A stretch of DNA of 63,889 nucleotides, counting the filler, from Conidiobolus incongruus B7586 (taxonomy: Eukaryota): NCBI GenBank assembly GCA_000697335.1. It is 3 parts of 3 records of this genome, joined end to end, with 100 filler letters (N's around TTAATTAATTAA, not from the genome) between each part and the next. Parts side by side here need not be neighbours in the genome. Positions count along the whole stretch, not along the records: positions 1 to 29,377 come from JNEM01006409.1; 2 more parts are not named here. One strand, given 5' to 3'. The translations under genes were made by a program, and so were the position numbers. The notes beneath the pieces are model-generated. The model did no database searches, was not told where the DNA came from, and saw only the letters and a program-made list of their open reading frames with translations. Shown in pieces: positions 1-11,672 of this stretch (its first letter is position 1; each line of letters begins with the position of its first letter).

Positions 1-682
1 TAATTTAAATTTTTTTAATATAACACATTATTAATTTTCATAATTTTAATAATTATTTAACCATATTTTATTATTTATTTCTTAAAAATTATCAATTTAA
101 AAAAATTTTTTTTAACTTTATTAATCTTATTTTACTAATTAAAATAAAATAAGATTAAATGTTTTTTATAAATAATTCAAATATTACTATGATTATTATT
201 TAATAATTTGAATATTAATATAAAATAATAAAATTATAACTAGTTAAAAAATTTTGGGTAATATAATTACCTATAATCAATTTGACTGTGATTTCAAATA
301 ATATGAAAAATGTTTTATAAAGCAAGCGTAAATATTAAGAGTTTATAAATATATGAAACTTTTAAAACCTGTTATAATAATTTAAAGAGGCATAGAATTT
401 AAATAATCAAGATTATAATTTAGCTTATACTAAAACCATGAATAATGTTTGACTATCCCAATAGAGCTAAAATCAAAAAGTATTAAAAATGATTGAACAT
501 ATAAAGTAATAGAAATTTGGTTTAAATTTAGAAGTAACTTAACCCTTTATTATTATTATTATTACTTCATAAATTACAATTATTATTAAAATATAATTTA
601 ACATCAAATTTAAAACAAAATATTATATAATTTTGTTTCCTCCTTTTTTATACCCTTTTAATTTTTTTAATATAATATTTTT

Positions 683-952
683 TCCGATTGTTAATAAAAT
701 TAAAGCTGGTTGATGTTATTTTGTATTCAACTGAAATAGATTATAGTTAATAATTGGATTAAATTAAAATAAATATATTTTTACATATAGCCAATTTGTG
801 AGAGTTATATGGTTAGAATAATAGGACTATTTATTCTGGATTTGACTCTTGACTTAATGGTAAATTGGGTTGATTAAGGGGGGTTCAACCAATGCATTGA
901 GTAATTTTTGGATTACTCGGTCGGATTAAAAAAATAGTATGATATCAACCAG
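683..952 (+). ncRNA. Candidate structured RNA of unknown class
   Basis: A closing helix 706-719/939-952 (14 bp, 2 G-U) encloses hairpins 752-796, 800-850, 865-892 and 899-918. An extra pairing is possible at 683-690/918-925. AATTTTTGG (Sm-site-like) is at 903-911. No known RNA family recognised. Confidence 0.35.
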
Positions 953-3900
953 AATCATATTAAAATCTGAATGAATGCAGTTAGGTGTTATTAAATTATT
1001 TGATTTCTATTTTATTTTAATCTCCTCGTGTTTTCCTTTTTGATCTTAGTTTTATTCAACACTTTAAATTTTAATAGATAATTTTCAGACTAAATTATAA
1101 ATAATTAAAATAAAGGTTAACTTTTATATTTGATATTGTTAACTATAATTAATTAATTTTGAATACTATTGAACAATTCAAATTTAATATTTCCTGAGCT
1201 AATTAGTTTAATTATCAGTTTTAAAAATTCTTAAACTGCTTAATCATTATAACATTGATTAATAAAGTTGTTATTTTCAAAATAGAGTTATTTGATATAT
1301 AATTCCGGATGTAATATTTTGTATTTGTATTGATGGGTGAAACAGATTGTCTAAAAATAATTATTTAGAAATAATTGATGGTTTCTAATAAGATTTAAAG
1401 CCTCTAACATCTTATAATTTTATGAAATCATCATTTATAAATTAATAGATAGATTTAAAGGATAAATATTAAATAAAATAATTTTAGTAGTTATCTGATT
1501 TACATTAATATATATGTATATATATATATATATTCAAATAATATAATTTAGAAAAATTTCTCACCAGTTGTTAATATTTTAAAATTTTGAAAAATTGAAA
1601 ATAACAAATCAAGTTAATAGAAATAAAAAAATAAGAAATGGATCTAGATTTCTAAGTAATATTCAATATTCTTTTGGTTTATTAAAATTTGAAATTTTTC
1701 TAATTTTCCCCAAAGAATACGGAGCCAAGACTAGATGAAGCTATGTAAATGTTCAAGAAAGACCTCTGTTAACTAATCTCAGCTAATATACGTTATTCAA
1801 TTTGACATTATTAAATATTCAACATAGTCTATTTAAATAGGATATCTTTATATGGAAATTTAGTTCCGAGATATAGTGTTTTGTCTTTACAATCTAAATT
1901 TATTAATTTTCCTGTTCTGGGAATTTTAGGTTTAACAAATTTAATTCTAATAAGAATGGTTTTTGTAATAATATAAACTATACTATTATCACATATAAAA
2001 AACGTATAAGAATTTTTAACTAATAAAAGTTACTGTGTTAATTATAAAATATATAATTTCTATAAACTCACAACATTGTTTTGGATTTGAAATATATATT
2101 TGATAATTGTAATTCAGTAAGTTGTATTTAATGAAAAATTTTGATAGTTTTTTTGTTCAATTATATTTTCTATCAATTTTCAACATTCAATATATGAACT
2201 AATATTTGATCGCTATGAATATAATTTTATATTTTTTATATATATTAGAAGTATATTAAATTGGTTTACTTTCCAAAAATATCAATTTTTTATGAAAATC
2301 ATTGATAATATACACTCGTTTCAATTTTGTTATAATTGATTTTTTTAATATATATTTGAAATTTGAATATAATTTTTATTTGTAATTTAGTATAATATAA
2401 TTAAAAATAATTTACAAATATGTTAGTATTATTCATTCACATTTTTTTTAAAAAAAATATTTATACTAAAATTTAAATTTTAAACAATATTACATTTTTA
2501 ATATTTATAAATTTGAAATTTATATAAAAAATATAAATATAAATTATTAATAGTTATATCATAACCTGTAATATTATTAATTGTATATTAAAAGAAAATC
2601 CAAAAAATAATACTATATGATAATCTAATTGTTTTTATAATCAAGAATACTTTACCAATAAAAGTCAACAATATAAATAATATAAAAAACATATTTTCAT
2701 AATAAGAATGACTTTGTTATATATATTATATAAAATTAATATTTATTTATAATATTTTTATTTTGTATTTATTTAACAAAGAGAATCAATTTTAAAACAT
2801 TTATATAAAATATTGTTTTTAATCAATGATTAAAATATTTGTAATATATATATATATATATATATATTTTAAATTCAATTAGAAAAAAAAATATTCCAAA
2901 ATATTTTAAAGTAATTTAATTATTAATATCATAATTGTAAAATATTTAATAATATAAAATAAATAGCAATCTTCCACTTATATATACATATGATTTAGTT
3001 ATACTATCATTATTGTACAATATAAATTAAAATTTATAATGAATTAGTCTCACACAATATTATATTGAGTAACATTTGAAAATATATAAATTTATATCCA
3101 GCAGACAAGTTGTACCAACGAATATTTATTTGGAAGTTATAGTTTATATCAGATTATTTCATTAATTTTCATTTATATTAAATATTAATTCTAAACTTTG
3201 AATGAGAAAATGTTTGTATTTAAAAAGGTATTTATCGGTTAATATAAAATTTATTAAAATAGTATGATTTAAAACTTATATTACATTTATACTAAATTAA
3301 CTAATTTATTTATTAGCTATTTTTAGTATGACTATTAATGTTAATATAATAATAGGTTATTATTAGTAATTTGTTTTCAGTTGTACTGGATGAAAAATAT
3401 TAAAAATAAATACAATTGTCAGGGAGTTATAACATATAGAAGGATAAATATAATTCTATGGATAAGAAAATTGCCACCCGATTATACAATTTTTCATATT
3501 AAATTAAATATTTTAAAATATTAATTGAATAACCTATTTAGAATTTTAGATTTTTCAATATATAATATTAATATACTATAATGTTGAAATTGAATAAAAA
3601 TCATATCAATTAAAACAAGAAAAGTCAATCCATTTAATATATATATTTATCAATTAATAAAAAATTTATAAATATACCGGATAATAAGAGTAAAATACAA
3701 ATTTTTATCTGATTGAATTAAAAGAATTATATTTTTCTTAATAGATTTAGATGATTTAATACTTAGTTATTTATAGTAATTAATACGATAATTTAACATA
3801 TTCCAATTCATACCTGAATGGGTACAATACCAATACTATTAAAATAAAATCAATTGATAAGATTTTATCTATAATTTCTAAGAGTAAAATTCATAATTAT

Positions 3901-4433
3901 TCAAGTTTAAATCAAGTCAAAAATATATATCCAATTATATTTTAATATATAGCATTAGCTTATGATTTTTCAATATTGAATATATCCTGTTTAAATTGAT
4001 GATTTCATTGATGTATGCATTCTATTCAAGAATCTGAATTGTCAAAAATTCGAGTCTCTAATATACGACTATTACCCTTGTTATTTATATAATATTACCT
4101 CAATGAATATAATTAGTATAATGATCCAAAATAAATAATTATTAAATAAAAAATTAAAATAAATATTCTGAGTGGTAGATCATAACTATTAAATTTTTCA
4201 AATTGCAATAGCTGATAAACTAGATACTATATGACAATATATTTAAATTTCTAAATTAGATAACATTCCTTTATGTCTATGATCATAATATATCGATAAT
4301 ATTATATTGAATTAAATAATGATAGAATAATACCAATCAAACTATGAGAAAACAACTAGAGAGAAAGATTAATTGAATATAGTGGGATAGATTGATAGGT
4401 ATTTTATTGATTTGAGAGTATAATATACATTGA

Positions 4434-4670
4434 CTAGTCCTTGAGGTGGCCATTTTGACGTTTGAGACGTAAGTGAGGGTCGGTTAACAATTTATGACCC
4501 ATAGAGTATGTACCACCTAAAGAAAAGGTTAAAAATATAACTTATAGAAGGTATTATATTAACTTACCAGCTACACCACAGCCAACGACAATCATTAAAA
4601 CAGCTATCTCGGGGGAAAATTTCTTAGTGGCGAGGCGAGCACCTCTTTGAATAGCAGCTTTAGCGACCAT
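4434..4670 (-). CDS. NDUFA4/COXFA4 (MLRQ/B12D)-like single-TM microprotein, paralog 1 (61 aa)
   Basis: Exons 4670-4568 and 4516-4434 with a GTAAGT..TAG intron. Translation MVAKAAIQRGARLATKKFSPEIAVLMIVVGCGVAGGTYSMGHKLLTDPHLRLKRQNGHLKD. The PE-hydrophobic helix-GG..Y...KL.TDP.LR pattern is typical of the family. TATA-like motif about 75 nt upstream. Missed by the ORF track. Confidence 0.8.
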
Positions 4671-5341
4671 ATTGTTGTAAGATTATGAAATTGATGACTT
4701 TGAAGATAGATTGATAAGTATTGAAGACCCTTTCTAACCCTTTTTATAGTTTTAAGTGTTCTAGTTGGGAATGCATGTGATTAGTATTTGCTATTTGGGG
4801 AATGAAGTGTTCAAAAAGTTTTTCCAAAAGTTTATTAATTTCAACTAAATAGCGCATATCATTAGTTGAAAATTTTGAGGCAATTAATTTGATTCAATAA
4901 TTTTAATAGGAATTTAAACTTCTTTAATTCAATAGTATTCTTATCAATTTATGGTTTATTTTTAAGATGATTTAATGACTGTTAAATTACTATTCAAAAA
5001 TAGCTCAATACCATAATTACATCATTTTAATATAGCCTAATATTGATAATATTAGTCTATAATTATAATAAATTCATTAAATAATTTATTATAGTAACAA
5101 GTGATTTTATATTTATATTTTCAGAGATATAACATATAAAATATATTTCAATATCAGATTGGAATAAACATATTATCCTTCAGATAAAATAATTTATTCT
5201 TCAATATCAAAAATAAATAATTATCCATTAATATTCCGTAATAGTTTCTTATGATATATTTTTTTCAAATATCACTAACTTGATTTAATAAACTCTGGGT
5301 ATCACTTTTATTTCTTTATTGTAATTAGTAATTTTTAATAT

Positions 5342-5675
5342 TGTCGCGAATTGGGAGGTCTGCTCGCCTTTCAACTTTAACCATCAGTCAAGATTCCAGA
5401 TGTAATACACCTACAAATATCATGAACAATCCTTGCACAATGGGAAATTCCAGACTACAGCAGAAGTTAGAGTTTCAGCACATTAGAAAAGGATCAACCA
5501 CACTATAAAATAGCCACTGGACAGACATTTGCTGGACGATCACTTCCATCAGGGCCACGCCCTGCATTTTGATATTTTAATAAAACCTCTCTAAAGTATC
5601 TCGTTAGTCATCTTTGGCCCATTTCATCGAATTCACGTGATCTTTATTGCAAGACTACTTTCCAGAAGCCTTGCA
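5342..5675 (+). mobile_element. Probable solo LTR
   Basis: GC-richer island of about 335 bp starting TGTCGCGA and ending TTGCA(ATA), a transition-decayed inverted end. Internal TATAAAA (~5504) and AATAAA (~5579). Possible 4-bp ATAT target duplication. No ORF. Confidence 0.55.
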
Positions 5676-6412
5676 ATATAAAATAGTAAAATATTGTTGA
5701 TTTAATAATTTTGAAATTTGATAATTATTCAAATCAAATAAGATTCAGGAGAAAATTAAAGTTGTAAAATGTATATAATTTCAAAGACCTTAGATAATAA
5801 TTTATAAATATTAAATATATTAGTTTTTGTTCTTTGATAATTATTTAATTTTATAAACTCTCCAATATAGGCTAGTGAATTGAATCTCAAATATTTTCTT
5901 TTAATAATTTTATGATAAAATTGTTAAAATATTATCAAGGATTGAAAATATATTAGTAAATAGATATATAGATATTAAAGTTGTTCTAGAAACATTTAAA
6001 TACGATATTTAATCAAATGATACAAAATACTATGTATTGATTTTAAATAGTGATATTTACTATCAACCTGTAAATTTTAAATAAAATATATACAATAGAT
6101 ATTTTATTAAGATAAAAAATATTGGAAATTTAATTATTTTGATATATTATTTCATAATACATTTCAAAAATTTCTATTGAAAATTAAGTAGTATATATAA
6201 TATTTTATAATCCTGAGTTAAATGCTTTAATATTTTAAAATTTATTTGTTATTATAAAGACTAAACTTTAATAATCTCATTCAAAATAAAAATACAACTC
6301 TATTTTATATAAACCAATTATACAATATATATCATATTAATGATATATTGTAATTTCAATATTCAATTTATTCTCACAGTATTTATTCAAAAGGCAATAT
6401 CATGCTTGAATT

Positions 6413-6677
6413 TTAATTATGTTCATTCCTTTTTTCTGCAATAACATCTTCTGGCTTACGATGAAAATCAGGCTTACGAACGTGTTTATCATATATTAAA
6501 TGAACACCCCCTATTAATAGAAAAAAAATAATTTAATAAATATGTTGATTAGTAATGTTGTTAAAATTATTTACACAGTGATACTGCTGTAATCAATACA
6601 CCAACAACCGTAAACTCAGGAATGTTACTTTTAAAAGTAAACTTTCTTGTATCATTGAATTTGTAAGGGAATACCAT
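6413..6677 (-). CDS. NDUFA4/B12D-like single-TM microprotein, paralog 2 (66 aa)
   Basis: Exons 6677-6575 and 6510-6413 with a GTAAAT..TAG intron. Translation MVFPYKFNDTRKFTFKSNIPEFTVVGVLITAVSLWGVHLIYDKHVRKPDFHRKPEDVIAEKRNEHN. Same PE motif and same phase-1 intron position as paralog 1. Confidence 0.7.
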
Positions 6678-6756
6678 GGTGATCAATAAGATTAGACAAT
6701 AATGATTTTAACAACACTGAATCAATTGCTCTTATATAGAGTTGGATTTTAAAGAA

Positions 6757-6765
6757 TTACGTCAT
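6757..6765 (-). promoter_or_regulatory. CRE/ATF-like site ATGACGTAA upstream of paralog 2
   Basis: The minus strand reads ATGACGTAA about 80 nt upstream of the ATG and just upstream of a TATATAAG box. The same ATGACGT occurs upstream of paralog 3. Confidence 0.4.
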
Positions 6766-7251
6766 AATAATTCATACTGTGATCATGAATTATTAAATAA
6801 ATGATATAATATTAATAACATTATGATAAATACTCAAGATTAAAACACTTTCAAGTGATAATTTGTTTGGATAAGTAAAATTTAAGAAACTTTGGCCTAT
6901 TTATCGATTACTTTTCAATTTATACGAATCTTGAACGAATATAACAATTAAAATAGTCACAAAAATTTCTATATGAGACTAAACAAAGTATGGATAAATA
7001 AATAAATAAAAATAGAAGAATATTTTGAGAATTTATAAAATTAAATAATTTTAAATCAAAAATAATTAAAATAAAAAAACAAAATTTTATAAAAACAACG
7101 AAAAAAGTATATATTACTATAACATGCTCATTTTAATCCAAATTAAAAAAATAAATTTGGGAACGAAATGAGTCAAATAAGGAAATGATATTCCCTATTG
7201 GTTCAATATAAATTTAATACGGAAGCTGTAAATTAATTGGTTTTGAAAAAA

Positions 7252-9764
7252 TTATTTAACTAAAGAAATATAAGTTAGTCATTTGACAAATAATTAATAT
7301 TATATTTAATTTACCTGAGAGAAGTGCACGATGAGCATAATATTGAACATCTTGATCTTTGTCTTCGTTCAATTTAGTCAAAACGGCTACTACTTGACCG
7401 TGTATCAAGGATTCGATTTCAGGATTCTGTTTGAGAACTGGGACGAGAGCTTCCAAAGATTTGGCAACATTGAAGCGAATGTTGGGAATAGGGTCATTCA
7501 CCAAGTTGGCGACAGTGGGGAAAATCTGATCTTTAATAACATCGGGTGTGACGGAGGGAGCGAGAGTTGTGATGGCAAAGATAGTGGTCATTCTGTATAA
7601 GTAGTTAGGGTGGTTAGCCATGGCAAGAATCTTTGGGAGAATAGTAGCCTTGGACCATTCAACACCAAAAATTTCAGTGAGCTTCTTGAGATTGAGAGTG
7701 GCAGCTTCACGGATAGCAAATACAGAATCGCCAAGCCAAGACATGCACAGATTACCCAGCTTTTCGTCAAAGAATTCAACACCCAGTTGAGTAGCGAGAA
7801 GAGGGATGTATTCGATAATAGCAAGACGGACACGCCATTGCTTATCTTCAGCAAGTTGGATGATAGCAGGGAGTAAAGATTGGGAAAGAAGTTCAACACC
7901 AATAATGCGGTTGACAGCTTCGAGATTGGAAATAATGTTAAGTCTAACTTCAGGGATTTCATCCTTCAATAACACCATAAACAAAGGTAATAGATGTTCG
8001 ATAGTATCTTCTTTGCCAAAGATAGGGGTCAACCCACTGATATTGTTGGCAACAGCAGTACGAACATGTTGGGATTGGTCACTGACCAATTCCTTTAAGA
8101 TATCTAAGAGATGAATGTGGACATTTTGAGCGCCAATTAATTCACCAAATCCAGGAATTTGAGATGCGGCAGAAGTTCTGACTTCAGCTTCGTTATCCTT
8201 GAGAAGATTTTTGTAGTGGGCAATGAGTTCTTGCTCAATCAATTTAGGCCCAGACACCTTAGCTAACTATATATAAATATATTAATTAAAATTGCTAGAA
8301 ATAAAATGACCAAGTAATCTTACATTAGTAAAGTTTTGAGCAACAATATATCTAACTCTCCAAGACTTATCAGTGCATAATTTCTTGATAGTTTCTAATA
8401 GTTGGGATTCAACTTCGTCATGACCAATAAAATCGGCGACAACTATTAAAGATTCAACAGAAAGTAAACGAACTGAATCCTATTAGAAAGTAATTTATGT
8501 TATTATGTTATGGAGATATCGAATTATATCGAAAAATGAATATTACTTGATCATCTTCAACGATTTGATTGATCATCGGCAGACAATCGGAAAAGGCGTA
8601 TTCTTTGCCTAGAACTTGAGCAAAAGTCTATAATTAAAATTAATATAAAATTTAATAATTTTAATAATTTAGTTAATTACCTTTAATTCAGTGGCACTGG
8701 CTCTTCTAACCATAGGTGTATCATCATGAATAAGACCGATATATAACCTATTTAAAAAAATAATGTTAAGAAAATCAAATGACTTATTTAAAATAAATAA
8801 AAATACTTTCTCAGTTGTTCTTGAATTGCTGAGTTAACCTTAGGATAACATTGAGAGAAAAGACCACAGGCACTAACACGACAGTTGAACCAGGGACCAG
8901 TAGCAAGGCGTTGAATTAAAGGAATATAATGTTCTTCAATTTGTTGAGTTGATAAAACTGAGCAAATTTTGTTTAAAGATTCAACAGCCTAAAATTTTAT
9001 GGAATCAATTATTAGAATTTAATTCTTGAGTTAGATTATCAATCAACTAAATCTATATGTTATATATGAGGTATTTTTGATAAATTCGGTAGAAATATAA
9101 TTGTTGTGATGTTGAAAAGTGAGATCTTATACAATTTGACCATATCTGATAAATAGTTATTGACACTCCCATAAATATTACACTTATAAAATTATGATCC
9201 CTTATGAAAATTTCACTCTTTCAAAATGTGTTGATAAATATACCAACATTAAAATAATCCTCTCATCATTTCCTATACAGCACAACACAAAACCTCAAAT
9301 GATTACAGATTACAAACCCTTAAAAAAGAAGTGAAAAAATTACCTTATTCCTAACAACAGTTTCTTCGACGGAAGAGAGATTTTCTAAACTCTTCAATAA
9401 AAGGTGACTATATTCGGAACCTCCGATAAGAGGGACGAAATTACCCAACTCTTCAGCTAAGACGCATAAAACTTCATCTTCGTCATCAATAGAATCTAAA
9501 TAATGAAATAAACATAAAGATTAAAAATAGAAGATAATAGGTTATACCATCTAAAAAGGGGATTAACTCATTTCTCGTCCTTTCGGGACCGAGAGCCAAA
9601 GCTATGGTAGAAATTCTGCGAATGGAATTTAAACGGAGAGAGAGGTCCTCATGCTTGAGTTCGTCCATCAATACTGCGATAGGATACAAAGTTTCGTCCA
9701 TATCGGCGGCATTTTCCAAGTTACTTAATTCGGAAGGGTTGACCTGAGGTAAAGTTGGATCCAT
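7252..9764 (-). CDS. TPD3: Protein phosphatase 2A scaffold (A/PR65) subunit, HEAT repeats, 8 exons
   Basis: Exons 9764-9548, 9495-9344, 8988-8807, 8747-8681, 8627-8547, 8479-8324, 8266-7315 and 7259-7252, all GT-AG and in frame. Hallmark motifs [68 protein letters not shown]. The ORF-track 9486..9764 and 7256..8257 entries are exons with intron read-through. Confidence 0.96.
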
Positions 9765-10551
9765 TTTAAAACTTATTCAATGACTATACTTTTATAACTA
9801 AAGAGTTTAACAAAGGAAAACTATAGAAATGTAAATTTTATGACTTGGATTCTATCTCCTCAATTTCATCTCCCATTGATTACCTCATTCAATTTATTGT
9901 TGATTTTAACTATTTTCAAATTTAACGTTTGTATTTTTGATTATATCAAATAATCAATAGATTATATTCTAATAACATAATAATTCACTTGTAAATAAAA
10001 TTATATTCGAAACTATTTCAATCATATAATGAATGTTTTATCATTATTTACACTATTTATTATTTAATAAAATTTTAATAATTATTAGATTTGAAGAGGT
10101 GCTAGATTTTACAAATAATAAAATATTTTAATTTGATATCAGCATTAAAGTGTAATTAATATACCTTTAATATTAATTCATAAACAAAATAAATATAGTA
10201 TGGTATCCTTTTTTCAATATATACAATCAAAAATTATTTTCTGTTTATTTATATATTACATTTAATTAATACAATCTAAAATTTTTTATTAATATTCTAT
10301 TTCATCGTTTAATCTATATAATAGCATTAAAATTGTATTCATTTTATTAATGATAGTTAAAAATCTATCAAAGTGTATTTTTTAATAATAATAATGCCAA
10401 CTATTGAAAATTATAGTTGACATAAATATATATATATATATATATATTCAATGTTAACTTTAATTATTAATCAAAATTCAAATATTTTAATTTTTATTAC
10501 AATTTGATTATTATATCATTTCAACAGCAGAGCATCAACTTATATATTTAA

Positions 10552-10814
10552 CTAATGTCTAATTTGAGTATCATTTTGGCTGCCACCAGATACTTTACTA
10601 TCCTGAGCATTTTCATTTTGAGGGGTTGATCTCGCCTTTCTAGAAAAGACATAACTTCCAGCTAAATATTATATTAATATATGAAATTTATAGTAGTCTG
10701 ATTAATGAATTTACCTAACATTGTACCACCAACAATTAAAAATAGAGTAGATAATTCGGGATGGTAGGGCTTCAACTTGAAAGTTTTGGCACGATTAAGA
10801 TTATTTTGATTCAT
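10552..10814 (-). CDS. NDUFA4/B12D-like single-TM microprotein, paralog 3 (69 aa)
   Basis: Exons 10814-10715 and 10661-10552 with a GTAAAT..TAG intron. Translation MNQNNLNRAKTFKLKPYHPELSTLFLIVGGTMLAGSYVFSRKARSTPQNENAQDSKVSGGSQNDTQIRH. Contains the HPEL..LF..VG....G..Y..R motif. Confidence 0.78.
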
Positions 10815-10926
10815 TTTTCACCGAAATTTTTTTTAAAATACAAATAATATTGTTAGAAGGAGGATTTTAGTGGTATTTATATCAATTTTTAGGTATGTAA
10901 GATTGGTTTGAAAAGATGTCAAAATA

Positions 10927-10933
10927 ACGTCAT
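10927..10933 (-). promoter_or_regulatory. CRE/ATF-like site ATGACGT upstream of paralog 3
   Basis: Plus-strand ACGTCAT about 115 nt upstream of the ATG and upstream of a TATAAAT box (~10874-10880). Confidence 0.35.
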
Positions 10934-11672
10934 CATGAAATGGTGATCTAATTTTTGGAATTGCTATTATTTTAATTTGATATTTTTGTAGACAATAATC
11001 ATTAAACTAATTGCTTAAAATATTAAGGATGAATTTAATTACATATAGAAAATATACAAAGTTAAGAAATAATTAAATATTGTAATTTATAAAAAATATC
11101 TATTAAAAATATCAATAATTTTCTAATTCAAAATTTTGTAATTTATTCAACAATAATCAATCGAATTACCAAAAATACTTTAATTTGAAACTGATGAGGT
11201 AATGATGAAATCTAAAATAGTTAGAACAATGTATGGCTGGTTGGCAATTTTATGATATCATTTTTAACAGATATAATCAATAAATTGAAAACATTATAAT
11301 TAATAAAAATTTTATAATGTAATATAAAACATCATTGTTAATGTTTATTTGATAAATTGAAATTATTTACTACATAAAATTATTTTTTTAAATTTCATTT
11401 TTGAATTTTGAAAAAAAAAACTGTTTCCAAACTTAATAAAATCAATTTGATATTCTCAAATTTACAATTTTATTACAAGAGACTAATTGATAATTATATA
11501 TATTAATCATTATACAAATTTATTACTTCATCATATAAAAATAATTGATGAAAAATCATATAATAATAAACTATATCTAATTTAAATATTCAAACATTAT
11601 AATGTTATATTTTAATTAAAATCTCGAATTAGTAAAATATGTATTTGATTATCAGTAAAAATGAATTTGTTA

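Noticed and set aside
700..985. Resemblance of the 706-952 closing helix to the 5.8S/28S proximal stem around ITS2
   Set aside because: The conserved 5.8S and 28S flanking motifs are absent, so it is not called as rRNA.
7331..8114. ORF-track entries 7331..7600, 7588..7962, 7610..7876 and 7806..8114
   Set aside because: Antisense or alternate-frame shadows of the PP2A-A exon.
11190..11255. Short + strand frame ...RTMYGWLAIL* resembling the MCT YGW motif
   Set aside because: Too short, with no further homology; it could be chance or a tiny fifth MFS relic.
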